From assembly GCF_006345805.1 (NCBI RefSeq), contig NC_043026.1:5890001-5954000 (forward strand): a stretch of DNA of 64,000 bases, given 5' to 3'. Positions 40,426-54,858 of this stretch are shown here, in pieces. The translations under genes and the position numbers were made by a program. How positions within the stretch are numbered: the stretch's first letter is position 1; each line of letters begins with the position of its first letter. The notes under the pieces are model-generated. The model saw nothing but the letters and a program-made list of their open reading frames with translations, was not told where the DNA came from and did not search any database. This stretch comes from Octopus sinensis (lineage: Eukaryota).

Positions 40426-41392
40426 TAAAGGGATTCGTCTCTCAGTAAACTCACTCTCGCTTTTAGAATGGAAATCTCATGAACCAGTGAGGGAGGCTTT
40501 TATGCTCCTGCTTGACCTGCTCAAGATAACAGCCTAATCAGCCCCTCTGCAAACTACCGCCTTGTAGTATAGGGGGGATATATTCGAAATCCTAAGGAAT
40601 TGGTTAACTGTGTGAAAGAGTTTGTAGTTGTTATGGTAACGACATTAATACAAAGGACAGGAACAAAAGAACATAACAATAACAGCAACAACAACACAAC
40701 TCGTGACACTAACAACAACAACAGCCACAACATCAATAACAGCAACAACGACAGCAGTAACAACACAACAACAGCTACAACAACATCAATAATAGCCAAA
40801 AACAATGTCTACAGCAACGACAACATCAACAACACATCTCCAGTAACAACACAACAGCTACGACAACACCAACAATAACGAAAGACAACACAAGTCACAA
40901 CAACAACAATAACAACAACAACGGTAACCATAAAAGGAATCGCAAATACTGTGATTCTTTAGTGAAGCCATCAAAAATGGTCAGTCTCCATGTGTGGCAG
41001 AGCCACCAAGAGAAGCCGTCAGAGACTGGCACCTGACATTCGGAATCAATAAAACCCTTTGTCGATTTTACAGCGTGAAGCTGTGGCTTTAATGCAGGAT
41101 CACTTATTCAAACATCATGGTTTCGTGTTGCTGCAAGTCCATAATATACCTACCAACGTCATGTGTGAAGGCGGCATGGCTCAGTGGTTAGGGCATGTAA
41201 TAAATTCATGAATGGTTAATGGGTGGGATGTGGTACTGAAGAAATAGTAATAACTCCCGAAATGTGTATATACACACATTAGCTATTTTTCTGTCTTCGA
41301 TTGCATTGTTTACATAGACACATACGAAACGTAATTTTCAGTGTTGGCTCGAATTTCTAAAACAAAAAGATCTGTAGAAAATAGGCGCAGGA

Positions 41393-41810
41393 GTGGCTGT
41401 GTGGTAAGTAGCTTGCTAACCAACCACATGGTTCCGGGTTCAGTCCCACTGCGTGGCATCTTGGGCAAGTGTCTTCTGCTATAGCCCCGGGCCGACCAAT
41501 GCCTTGTGAGTGGATTTGGTAGAAGGAAACTGAAAGAAGCCTGTCGTATATATGTATATATATATATATATGTATGTGTGTGTATATGTTTGTGTGTCTG
41601 TGTTTGTCCTCCTAGCATTGCTTGACAACCGATGCTGGTGTGTTTACGTTCCCGTCACTTAGCGGTTTGGCAAAAGAGACCGATAGAATAAGTACTGGGC
41701 TTACAAAAGAATAAGTCCCGGGGTCGATTTGCTCGACTAAAAGGTGGTGCTCCATCATGGCCGCAGTCAAATGACTGAAACGAGTAAAAGAGTAAAGAGT
41801 AAAAGAGTAA
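41393..41810 (+). mobile_element. SINE family A, full composite
   Basis: Matches the consensus; tail (taaaagag)3. Confidence 0.85.
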
Positions 41811-42355
41811 ATAACTTTTTAAAAATTCTGTAAAATGGTTGGCATTAAGAAGGGAATCAGGCTGTAGAAAACATGCCAGAGTAGACACTGGAGCTTGGGA
41901 CAGACCTCTGACTTATCAATTCCTGTAGAACAGTCCGACCCATGCCAGCTTGGAAAAAGGGATGTTAAACAATGATGATGATGAACAATACACATCCACA
42001 CACAGGGATGTAAACTGAAATATCCCCCATTTTCCTCTCCCTCAATACTATATCCTACTCTGTTAAAGGGATCTTGTCTTGTGAGTGACATGGTGACCTC
42101 ACTAGTGCTGGTGCAAGCATTCAATCTCTCTATATATAAAGCTGAAGTTGTCTCTGTGTGGCAGGGTTTGGTAGCCTTCAACTAACACTATCTCCTCCGA
42201 GACCCTGCGGCGCAAGTTGACCAAAATTGAGAGTATGATAGAAGAAGGCTTGCTCTTCCTTCCATAGAAGAAAAAATTCAAAAATGTTAACACCAAAAAT
42301 TATTTACATCAAAAAGGTGCTTTTTTTTTTCCATGAAAAAGCTCACCACCTTTAT

Positions 42356-42386
<31 letters not shown>

Positions 42387-42769
42387 GACCCAGAGAAGTC
42401 AGCAAACAACACTTTTTCTCTAGAGATTTCCTGAGGAAGGGGTCCTAACCCTGAAAATATTGAAATACCAGATAAAACCCATCAGCCTGTATTATTTGTG
42501 CAGCTTGAATTCCTTTGGCTTTGAAAACAAAAAAACTGTGATTAAAACATTTATATAAACAACAGGGTGGGCCAAAAGTCAAGCACCAAAACATTTGCCA
42601 TTCTTCATTTATAATTATGCTGCCATTATTAATTGCCATAATTATTCGTTTTGTTCATCATGCATGAGCAAGGGTGTATTCATCGTTATTTTATTAATTT
42701 CAGTTAATTTTAGAAAAAATTGAAGCAAGTCTTTGACAATTCCAGAGTGTATCTTTTGACCCATGCTCT

Positions 42770-42985
42770 CTCTTTTACTTGTTTCGGTCATTTGACTGCG
42801 GCCATGCTGGAGCACCGCCTTTAGTCGAGCAAATCGACCCCGGGACTTATTCTTTTTGTAAGCCCAGTACTTATTCTATCGGTCTCTTTTGCTGAACCGC
42901 TAAGTGACGGGGACATAAAACACACCAGCATCGGTTGTCAAGCAATGCTAGGGGGACAAACACAGACACACAAACACACACACGC

Positions 42986-43017
<32 letters not shown>

Positions 43018-43178
43018 GACGGGCTTCTTTCAGTTTCCGTCTACCAAATCCACTCACAAGGCTTTGGTCAACCCAAAGCTATAGTAGAAGACACTTGCCC
43101 AAGGTGCCACGCAGTGGGACTGAACCCGGAACCATGTGGTTGGTAAACAAGCTACTTACCACACAGCCACTCCTGCCC
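42770..43178 (-). mobile_element. SINE family A, full composite
   Basis: Reverse complement of the consensus. Confidence 0.85.
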
Positions 43179-43727
43179 CTATGCTATGAACATAGCCAAA
43201 CAAACTGACCCCATCCCCTTTTTATTTTTAAAGCCTGGCACATATTCTACGGGACTCTTTTGCAAATCGCTAGTTTACAAGGTCATAAACCAACACCACA
43301 TGGACGCGGGCACAGCTGTGTGGAAATAATAAGCTTACTTCCCAGCCACATGGTTCCGGGTTCAGTCCCACTGCGTGGCACTTTGGGCACATGTCGTCTT
43401 CTATAGCCCCGGGCCGACCAAAGCCTTGTGAGTGGATTTGGCAGACGGAAACTGAAAGAAGCCCATCATGTACACACAAGCACGTGTGTGCTTATGTCTG
43501 TGTTTGTCTCCCACCACCGCTTGACCAATGGTGTTGGTGTGCTTAAAACTTCAGGACTTAGCAGTTCAGCAAAAAACCCCGATAGAACAAGTAGCAGGAT
43601 TAAAAAAATTAAATACCGGGGTCAGTTCATTTGACCCAAAATTCTTCAAGGCAGTGCCCCAGCATGGCCACAATTTAATAACTGAAAAACAAAAAGACAA
43701 GGTAAAATATATATACACATATATATA

Positions 43728-44130
43728 GGCACAGGAGTGGCTGTGTGGTAAGTAGCTTGCTAACCAACCACATGGTTCCGGGTTCAGTCCCACTGCGTGG
43801 CATCTTGAGCAAGTATCTTCTGCTATAGCCCCGGGCCGACCAATGCCTTGTGAGTGGATTTGGTAGACGGAAACTGAAAGAAGCCTGTCGTATATATGTA
43901 TATATATATGTATGTGTGTGTGTTTGTGTGTCTGTGTTTGTCCCCCTAGCATTGCTTGACAACCGATGCTGGTGTGTTTACGTCCCTGTTACTTAGCGGT
44001 TCGGTAAAAGAGACCGATAGAATAAGTACCAGGCTTACAAAGAATAAGTACCGGGGTCGATTTGCTCGACTAAAGGCGGTGCTCCAGCATGACCGCAGTC
44101 AAATGACTGAAACAAGAAAAAGAGTAAAAA
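43728..44130 (+). mobile_element. SINE family A, full composite
   Basis: Matches the consensus. Confidence 0.85.
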
Positions 44131-46178
44131 GGGAAAAAGAGAGAGGGGTTGGACAAAATAATGGAAACACCAATTTTATTTTGCTGCTTTTTTTATGTTT
44201 TTTCTATTGGCAATATGACAAATTTAAAACTACTCTCATCTGTGGATATGTACTGTGTGGGTTTACATATGTGTTGTGTGTGCTTTGTACTCCAAAATAT
44301 AACCCTCGGTTCTTTTTTTGGTTTTTTTTTTTTTTTTTGCATACAGGTGTGGCTGTGTGGTAAAACGCTTGCTTCCCAACCACGTGGTTCGGGGTTCAGT
44401 CCCACTACGTAGCACTTTCGACAAGTGTCTTCTACCATAGCTCGGCCAGACCAAAGCCTTCTGTGAGGATTTGGTAAACAGAAACTGAAAGGGGCCTGTC
44501 ATATATATGTATCTGTGTATGTATGTATATCTATATTTTTTATTGTTGTTTGTTCGTTCTCGAGCCATGCCTGGCTCCTAAGGGCCGGTTTTCCAGTTTC
44601 CTTGGCGTATAGGTTCCCCACCTGAACGGGACGCCGGCCAGTCGCAGGTGAGCTGCAAGATGCAGGAGGAAAGAGTGAGAGGAAGTTGTGGCGAAAGAGT
44701 CAGCAGAAGTTCACCATTACCTTCTGCCGGAGCCGCTTGGAGCTTAGGTGTTTCGCTCATAACCACACACATTGCCCGGTCTGAGATTCGAACCCAAGAT
44801 CCCTCGACCACGAGTCCGCTGCTCTAACCACTAGGCCATGTGCCTCCCCTGTGTATATTTGTGATTGTGTTTGTCCTCCACTATTACTTGACAACTGATG
44901 CTGGTGTGTTTACATGCCCTGTAACCTAGCAGTTCGGCAGAAGAGATCAATAGAATAAGTACTAGGCTTACAAAAAATAATTTGGGGGTTGATTTCTTTG
45001 ACTTAAAAAATCCTTTAAGGCGGTGCTCCAGCATGGCCACAGTCAAATGATTGAAACGAGTAAAAGAATAAAAAAATATAGTTGTATTTAACTAAATTAA
45101 AATTTGTGACTTATTTGCATGGATGGCTGGTGCTTCAGTCACTGAGAACAACTGTTAAATTGTGTGCAGTTTCCGTAGATACAATTCGTAGGATGAAAAT
45201 GAAACTGAAAGTAAAAAACCGTCTCTGGCAAATGGAATTCTAGAGAGGAGGAAAAACTGCATATGGTGTTTAATACAATTCTATATTTCTGTGGTGAGGA
45301 ATTTTTATATTATGTATTAAATTAATTTAGAGAGGTGTCCTCATCTTGGTTGTTGCTTTCACAATATTTTAGGCTAAGGCGGTGAGCTGGCAGAAACATT
45401 AACCATTAATACGCTGGGCAAAATGCTTAGCGGTATTTTATCTGTCTTTACATTCTGAGTTCAAATTCTGCCAAGGTCAATTTAGTCTTTCATCTTTTCA
45501 GGGTTGATAAATTAAGTACCAGTTGCTTACAGGGGTCGATCAAATTGACTGACCCTGCCTCCCAAAAAATTTTCAGGCCTTGTGCCTAGAGTAGAAAAGA
45601 ATATTTTAGGCTGTCGTATGTTCCAACCTTCTTCAGGTGTCTTTTGATTTCACCTGAACGTCTTGTCTGAAAGCAACAACCAAGAAGAGGACACCTCTCC
45701 AAATAAATATAAAATATAAAAATTCCTCACCACAGAAATATAGAATTTTATTCTCCAATCGATATGGAATTGGTATAAGACATCAATGGAGCTTTATAAG
45801 CCTGAGAAATTGACTCAGTCACAGCCAATGGGCCTGGCTTAAAGGATAGAGGCATTCACCTAGACAAGACATTCAGGTGAAATCACAAGACACCTGAAGA
45901 AAGCTGGAACATACAACAGCAGAAATGTTGTGAAAGCAGCAATCAGGGTGACACCGGTCTGACTAACATATAATATTTAAATTGCTCATCTCAGAAATTG
46001 CTGGCAGAATCATTAGCGCAGCGGGTGAAATACTTCGCGATATCTCGTCTGCCGTTACGTTCTGAGTTCAAATTCCGCCAAGGTCAACTTTGCCTTTCAT
46101 CCTTTCAGCATTGATTAAATAAGTACCAGTTACGCACTGAGGTAGATGTAATCAACTTAATCCCTTTGTCTGTCCATT

Positions 46179-46372
46179 TGCGGATCCGTGGAATATGCTG
46201 CCAGACGAGATAGTGAAGATGCCGACGACCGCTCGGTTCAAAGTCTCTCTTGACCAGAAATAGCCTGAACTCTTTGCATGAACACCCTCCCTGTACATAA
46301 CTCCATGTCCCCCTACATGGCCTTGCTTTTTGCTTTTTGAGCCAAAAAATTAACTTAACTATGTTTGACCAA
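46179..46372 (+). mobile_element. CR1-like LINE 3' end
   Basis: ADPWNMLPDEIVKMPTTARFKVSLD then a taac-like tail; homologous to 55325-55640. Confidence 0.8.
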
Positions 46373-46859
46373 ATGTGTTTTTTTTTTTTCAATATTTATT
46401 TCTGCTTGCAATAGCCAGTTCTTTTGGTCAAACTATCGTATCTCCACCTCCTTCAGATGCCAAGATATCAAAAACTGTCAAAGTGTAGTACGAAGGTTTT
46501 GCTATGGAATGGTGAAACTATTTTTTCGTTTTCTGAAAAAACTTTTTGGACTTACAACACTTTTGCATAATAACAACGATATATGTGTGTGTGCATGTAT
46601 GTAGTATATGCACTTATTTGTATGTATGCATCTGTATCTATGCAAATATGCTTATATGTGGGTGAGTGCATATTAGTATTGATGCTCATGTATTCTGTAT
46701 GCCAGTATGCAACCCCAAAACACCCTAAAAATACAGCACTTACCAGTAATTTTGAAAGTGTTCAACCCCAGCCAAGCCGCCCCTGCAAATTAAAACAAAC
46801 TAACAGTTTAAAGTCTTTCTTTAATTAATTAAAACAAATTAGCTTCAGATTCTTGTAGT

Positions 46860-46899
<40 letters not shown>

Positions 46900-47399
46900 T
46901 AAATTAGGGTATCAACGAGATAATACCATGCTGAAAATAGCAGCCATGGTCCGACTCTAAAACTACCTTAAGTGTTCATATATGATGAACACTTAAAGTG
47001 GTTTTAGAGTCGGATCGTGGCCGCTATTTTCAGCATGGTGTTATCTCGTTGATACCCTAATTTATAATTTTAATAATTATTTACCTTTGAAGATTATTTT
47101 TTCCATGCTGGCCACTTGATAAGATCGTTATTTTATTTTAATTAATGATCTTATCCTTAAACATTACTTTATATAATTAGGAGTATAATTATAATTAGGG
47201 TTCAGCAAAAAAATTTGCTTCGCTACATACCGAACTAAACCCTAATTATAATTAAACTCATAATTATATAAAGTAATGTTTAAGTTTACCGTAAATGGTC
47301 CTTTTAACATACCGATCACTACTCGGTAGAATTATTAATTACTAATTAATTAAATAATTTTACCCTTTATGATTACTGATTATATATATTATATATATA

Positions 47400-47914
47400 C
47401 AGGGTGATTGAAATATAGCTCCCAACTTTTAAAATAAAATACAAATCATTTATAATTGTAATTATTTTTTCAAAATAACGAGCATTTGATCTGTAATTAT
47501 ATTGCTCATCGTTTGTGAATGGCTGAATGTCCATTTCTCCAGGAGATGGATGGGTCATTGTTCTTCGCGTGAGTGGCCAGCCAGGAGTCCCGACTTCACA
47601 CCCTGAGATTTCTTTCTTTTGGGGGTTGGTCAAACGAACAAGTCTACCGTACCAAACCAAAGGCTTTAGAAGAACTCGAAGGGCAAATACAAGAAGTTAC
47701 GTCTTCTTCCATCCCACAAGAGTCCTGGTGAAATCAGTCAATCCAATTCCTAGGCGATTCAGGAAGCTGGTGGCGCCATCTGGAACCCATATCAAATTTT
47801 ACATAAAACCTCATACTAAAAGTTTTCCTCTCGTATCCTTTGTTTTGTAAAAATTACAATTAATAAATAATTCATAAGAATTTTTAAATAGAGGGTTACT
47901 TTTCAATCACCCTG
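47400..47914 (+). mobile_element. Internally deleted Tc1/mariner element (copy 1)
   Basis: TIR cagggtgattgaaa / tttcaatcaccctg with TA on both sides. Transposase C-terminal relic WPARSPDFTP*DFFL..VYRTKPKALEEL. Confidence 0.9.
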
Positions 47915-48384
47915 TATATATGCGGTGCCCCAGCATGGCCACAGCTCGTGAGCTGAAACTAGATAAAATAAAAATAAAATATATATATACATTACAATTT
48001 ATGCGTCTCGAAACAAACCGATAGAAATCTCTAAAAAATTCGTTTTTACCGCTGAGGAGGGGAAAATTTCTTATGAATGAACCCCGAAATTGGACCCATA
48101 CGGTAATAACGAATTTTTTAGAGATTTCTATCGGTTTGTTTCGAGACGCATAAATTATAATGGTTATCGACAATTTTTTGTTTCGACAAATTTGGCATTG
48201 CAATTTTTCTTCTGCCCTTATCTTGTAAATTATGTATAAATTTTACCTTTAAAGGCATTTTTTGATATGCTGGCCATTGATAAAATTTTTTCCCCGAAAA
48301 AATTTTTATCCTACATTAATTATATATATATATGTTATATATATATAATATATATGTTATATATATATATATATATATATATGT

Positions 48385-48423
<39 letters not shown>

Positions 48424-48566
48424 ATATATATATATATTGTTATATATGTTATATATATATATGTTATATATATATATATGTTATATATATAATATATATA
48501 TGTTATATATATATATATATATATGTTATATATATATATATATATGTTATATACATATATATATGT

Positions 48567-48610
<44 letters not shown>

Positions 48611-49112
48611 TAAATTAGGGTATCAACGAGATAATACCATGCTGAAAATAGCAGCCATGGTTCGACTCTAAAACTACCTTAAGTGTTCATATATGATGAA
48701 CACTTAAAGTGGTTTTAGAGTCGGATCGTGGCCGCTATTTTCAGCATGGTGTTATCTCGTTGATACCCTAATTTATAATTTTAATAATTATTTACCTTTG
48801 AAGATTATTTTTTCCATGCTGGCCACTTGATAAGATCGTTATTTTATTTTTAATTAATGATCTTATCCTTAAACATTACTTTATATAATTAGGAGTATAA
48901 TTATAATTAGGGTTCAGCAAAAAAATTTGCTTCGCTACATACCGAACTAAACCCTAATTATAATTAAACTCATAATTATATAAAGTAATGTTTAAGTTTA
49001 CCGTAAATGGTCCTTTTAACATACCGATCACTACTCGGTAGAATTATTAATTACTAATTAATTAAATAATTTTACCCTTTATGATTACTGATTATATATA
49101 TATATATATATA

Positions 49113-49629
49113 CAGGGTGATTGAAATATAGCTCCCAACTTTTAAAATAAAATACAAATCATTTATTAATTGTAATTATTTTTTCAAAATAACGAGCATT
49201 TGATCTGTAATTATATTGCTCATCGTTTGTGAATGGCTGAATGTCCATTTCTCCAGGAGATGGATGGGTCATTGTTCTTCGCGTGAGTGGCCAGCCAGGA
49301 GTCCCGACTTCACACCCTGAGATTTCTTTCTTTTGGGGGTTGGTCAAACGAACAAGTCTACCGTACCAAACCAAAGGCTTTAGAAGAACTCGAAGGGCAA
49401 ATACAAGAAGTTACGTCTTCTTCCATCCCACAAGAGTTCCTGGTGAAATCAGTCAATCCAATTCCTAGGCGATTCAGGAAGCTGGTGGCGCCATCTGGAA
49501 CCCATATCAAATTTTACATAAAACCTCATACTAAAAGTTTTCCTCTCGTATCCTTTGTTTTGTAAAAATTACAATTAATAAATAATTCATAAGAATTTTT
49601 AAATAGAGGGTTACTTTTCAATCACCCTG
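49113..49629 (+). mobile_element. Internally deleted Tc1/mariner element (copy 2)
   Basis: Near-identical to 47400-47914; part of the tandem duplication. Confidence 0.9.
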
Positions 49630-50896
49630 TATATATGCGGTGCCCCAGCATGGCCACAGCTCGTGAGCTGAAACTAGATAAAATAAAAATAAAATATATA
49701 TATACATTACAATTTATGCGTCTCGAAACAACCGATAGAAATCTCTAAAAAATTCGTTTTTACCGCTGAGGAGGGGAAAATTTCTTATGAATGAACCCCG
49801 AAATTGGACCCATACGGTAATAACGAATTTTTTAGAGATTTCTATCGGTTTGTTTCGAGACGCATAAATTATAATGGTTATCGACAATTTTTTGTTTCGA
49901 CAAATTTGGCATTGCAATTTTTCTTCTGCCCTTATCTTGTAAATTATGTATAAATTTTACCTTTAAAGGCATTTTTTGATATGCTGGCCATTGATAAATT
50001 TTTCCCCGAAAAAATTTTTATCCTACATTAATTATATATATATATATATTATATATATATATATAGGTTATATATATATATATATATATATATGTTATAT
50101 AATATATATATATATATATATATATGGTTATATATATATTATATATAATATATATGTTATATTATATATATATATATATGTTATATATATATATATGTGT
50201 ATATATATATTATATATATGTTATATATATATTATATATATATGTTATATATATATATATATGTTATATACATATATATATGTTATATATATATATATAT
50301 ATATGTTATATATATATATATATATATATATATGTTATATATATATAATATATATATATATGTTATATATATATTATATATATATATATAATGTTATATA
50401 TATATATAGCCTGTAAATAATAATAATAATAATAATGGCATTTTTTATATAAGCTTAAAGCTTATTGCGGTCACCATGCAATGACTACGGAAAATAGTTT
50501 AATAAAGGGGCATATAAGCCCTTGACAGAAAAAAGGGTCTCCTATCCGCATGGGAGTCAGAAGCTGATTTGCAGGTGTAAAGGTAACACAGTTGCGTTGA
50601 CATAGGGATGTGGGTTTGACTCCCATGCAGATAGGAAAGCCTTCTTTTTCCTGTCGAGGGCTTATATGCCCCATTATTAGACTATTTTACTTAGTCACTG
50701 TATGGTGATTGCTATAAGCTTTAAGCTCATATCAAAATGCCATTATTATTATTTACAGGATTGTAAAAACGGCGCCGTATAAAAAAACTTTTCCGCACCA
50801 AAAGCATATATATATATATATATATAGTTATAAAATACAGTGTACATTTAAACACATGAGGAATCCATTTCCATTTCCTTTGATATGATTAAATAT

Positions 50897-50930
<34 letters not shown>

Positions 50931-51009
50931 ATATAAATATATATATAGGAGACCTGTTGAGTCAAATCCATGAACATCGAAATAAATATCAATGGAAATA
51001 GTAGTTGTG

Positions 51010-51405
51010 ATACCTGTGCCGGTGGCACATAAAAAGCACCATCCGAACGTGGCCGTTGCCAGTGCCGCCTCGACTGGCTTCTGTGCCAGTGGCACATAAA
51101 AAGCACCATCCAACGTGGCCGTTGCCAGCGCCGCCTTGGCTGACTACCGTGCCGGTGGCACGTTAAAAGCACCAACCGATCGTGGCCGATGCCAGACTCC
51201 CCTGGCACCTGTGCCGGTGGCACGTAAAAAGCACCCACTACACTCGCGGAGTGGTTGGCGTTAGGAAGGGCATCCAGCTGTAGAAACACTGCCAGATCAG
51301 ACTGGAGCCTGGTGCAGCCTCCTGGCTTCCCAGATCCCGGTCGAACCGTCCAACCTGTGCTAGCGCGGAAAACAGACGTTAAACGATGATGATGATGATG
51401 ATGAT
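51010..51405 (+). mobile_element. RTE-type 3' UTR/tail element (same family as 39832-40425, 25600-25860, 29335-29670)
   Basis: gtgccggtggcac(g/a)taaaaagcacc repeats, ggagtggttggcgttaggaagggcatccagctg, ending gttaaacgatgatgatg. Confidence 0.75.
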
Positions 51406-51927
51406 ATGAAGTAATATTTATCCCCAGTTAAAAGCGGGTGTATTAGAACATAAGATGGTGCATATTCATCGTGAGAAGATGTCTCATATGGATACATGTT
51501 GCATAGAAGCTCTCGTGTCTATTCCTGATGAGGGAAAACCTAGCAAAACTGAAATCCTTGTGATCTGGCAACGATGGCAACGATTGTCTCCCACAAGCAA
51601 TGTAAATAAGAGTGCTTAATATGCATTAAAAGTTCATATGAGAGGTCCTCTCGGAGTAAGTATTGCAGTATTCCGAGTTCTAACACAACAGCCACTTTTA
51701 AGTGGAGATAAATATTACCTTATTTGGCATTGATACAACTTCTGTTGCAGTTGATTATTTTTTATACACACACACACACACATACACGTGTGTGTGTGTG
51801 TGTGTGTGTGTGTTTTGCAAATGAGTCACATGATAGCAAGAGACCGATTCGACTAAAATAAAATACATTGTTAATCTCCATTATGGCATCAAGCATTCTT
51901 TCTTCCAACATTCAACACTAAACATAT

Positions 51928-51980
<53 letters not shown>

Positions 51981-52962
51981 TTTTGTGGGTTAGCAAGGCT
52001 ACAAATGGTTTTATGTAAAGAGAGATTTCTACATTGGGATGTTGGTGTTCATCTCCGTTTTGGACAAGAGTATACACAGTTAGACAAAATGTACGGGATT
52101 TGGGAATAGAATAACAACGGATCATGGGAGGTAATTATAAGGAAATCTTGTCTCCCTTGAATTAACACTGGAGTTTTGCAATCAACTGCGCTAACGATAG
52201 ATTCGTTATATGAAACCCTTGGTAGTCTTGTTAATCCACAAATAAAGATTATTTATAAACTGATTCTGTGTCAAGAACTCATTCTCACTGTTTTATATTA
52301 GAGTGTATATGTAACTTTAACAACAAATACAAGTGCTCAAAACTACAGTACAACATATATATAACAAAAACAGCAATGATGAGAAACATCTACAACAAAA
52401 ACAATAACAATGAAATACCAACAACAATAATGACGACGATGACAATGATATAAACAACAAGAGCGAAAATTATGATGAAAATCACGCTGGTGAAACAATA
52501 ACAGTAATTGACGACAACAACAGGAGTTATGATTAACAACAACGACAACAACAATAATGACAATGAAATCAGCCAAATGATAACAACAACAAAAACAACA
52601 ACAATATAGAAACGACGATGAGAATGAAGACGACAGCAACAATAATGGAAACAACAACAAACACAGAAGTGATAATAATAGGAAAATTACACAAATATTG
52701 AAAAATGACAACAACAACAACAACAACAAAATGAGAACAACGATGACGATTATTAAGAATGATAACGAGAGGTATGAAAACAAAACAAAAAAGATAGGTG
52801 CAAGAGAGGGGTGGCTGCGTGTCGTAGGAAGATTACATCCCGACCAGATGGTTCCTGGTTCAGTCCCAGTATGTGGCACCTTCGGCAGGTGTCGTCTACT
52901 ACAGCCTCGAGCCAGCCAAAGTCTTGTGAATGGATTTGGTAGATGGAAACTAAAAAAGCCTC

Positions 52963-53021
<59 letters not shown>

Positions 53022-53195
53022 AATACGTATATATTTGGTACCAAATATATACGTTCTATTTATTATTTTGCACATTACTTAATCATTGGTATATGTTTTT
53101 ATCTTATATTTAATTTTTTCTATAAGATGTAATTTTTTTCTATATGTTTAATTTAATTTTGTCATTGTTGAATTGATAAAAGGTGTTTTTTTCTA

Positions 53196-53230
<35 letters not shown>

Positions 53231-53234
<4 letters not shown>

Positions 53235-53420
53235 TATATAGGGAGAGTTTACGAAAAAAACAAAAGACGAAGACAGGTGGTGTACAAAACAAACAGATGT
53301 ATTAGTATAACGCTCTGGAATAGAAAAAGTCTTTTACATTTCGAGCCTACGCTCTTCTACAGAATGAGACACAGAAAAAAACAAGGAGACAAACAAGAAG
53401 AGAAAAAAAATGTGTGTAGT
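53231..53420 (-). mobile_element. Penelope-like terminal-repeat fragment (second copy 54250-54425; related 15262-15435)
   Basis: gaagagcgtaggctcgaaa(t/c)gt motif resembles PLE pseudo-LTR ends; no coding part visible. Confidence 0.45.
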
Positions 53421-53697
53421 GGCTAACGATCTATCATGGCGACTGCCGAACAGAAGGGTCACACAGGAGAGCAAAGAAGTAGGGGAGATAACAAAGTAAA
53501 GATGACCCCCCCCCATCCCAACATGAAGGTGCGTGTGTGTATAAGAGAGTATGTATGTGTGTGTGAAAGAAGGCTGGTGGTCTGGACGTGTGTGTGTATG
53601 TATGTGTAGGTGTGAAAATGTGGGGATGGGAATTGGTCAGTACTAGTGTGTGGGTGGTGTGATGTGTTGTGTGGTATGGTGTAGTTTGGTATGGTGT

Positions 53698-54075
53698 GAG
53701 GCGCAATGGCCCAGTGGTTAGGACAGTGGACTCGCAGTCGTAGGATCGCGGTTTCGATTCCCAGACCGGGCATTGTGAGTGTTTATTGAGCGGAAACACC
53801 TAAAGCGCCACGAGGCTCCGGCAGGGGGTGGTGATCCCTGCTGTACTCTTTCACCACAACTTTCTCACTCTTTCTTCCTGTTTCTCTTGTACCTGTATTT
53901 CAAAGGGCCAGCCTTGTCACACTCTGTGTCATGCTGAATCTCCCCGAGAACTGCGTTAAGGGTACATGTGTCTGTGGAGTGCTCGGCCACTTACACGTTA
54001 ATATCACGAGCAGGCTGTTCCGTTGATCGGATCAACCGGAACCCTCGTCATTGTAACCGACGGAGTGCTTCTTTA
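53698..54075 (+). mobile_element. SINE family C
   Basis: TSD ggtatggtgtga at 53688-53699 and 54076-54087. Confidence 0.9.
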
Positions 54076-54858
54076 GGTATGGTGTGATGTTGTTATATAT
54101 ATATCAATGAAGTATGAAGAAAGGAAAAATTGTAGGTGTAGGCGATATTTAATTCGTAATCCAGGTTGGTACAGAAACGAAAGACACTCTACAAATAGTT
54201 TGACATCCCTTTGAAGGATTTTGGTCCTCACCTCTTATATATATATAGCTGGAAATTACAAAAAAACAAAAGACAAAGACAGGTGTATAAACAACAAACA
54301 GGTGTATTAATTTAACGCTCGGGAAGGTGAGGAAGTCTTTTACGTTTCGAGCCTACGCTCTTCAACAGAAGGAACACGAGGAAGTAAAGAGAGAGAGAAT
54401 AAAAAAAGCTTTAGTGGATAGCGGTCAATCATGGGAAACCGGCCCTTATGAGTAACGCTGTTATGGACTGGCATCCTGCCCAGCTGGGGGAACACATACG
54501 CCACATACATTATTTTAATTTTTAAACCCTTTCATTACAAACCCGGCCAAAACCGGCTCTGGCTCTGTAGTATTAATGTCTTGTTTTCATAAGTTTCGAT
54601 TAAAATCTTCCACCAAACCTTAGTTGCAATTTATGTTTCTAACACTAGCTTAATGATAAGGAAGTTATTTTATTAAATTCTTAATTATATTTAAAATTAC
54701 TGAAAGAAACACAGAGCATCTAAAAAAACATATGGTAACGAAAGGGATAAATATAATTCCTAATAATATTAAAAGAGGGAGACCCACGGAAACATGGGAC
54801 GAGGTGGTGAAGCATGATTTTCAAATGGGCCTCACGGAGGAGCGAACAAGTGACCTTT

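Larger units (their letters stand above)
46895..50408. repeat. About 1.7-kb direct tandem duplication bounded by (TA)n-rich tracts
   Basis: 46895 onward recurs at 48606 onward (offset 1711), with only small indels and substitutions. Confidence 0.95.
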
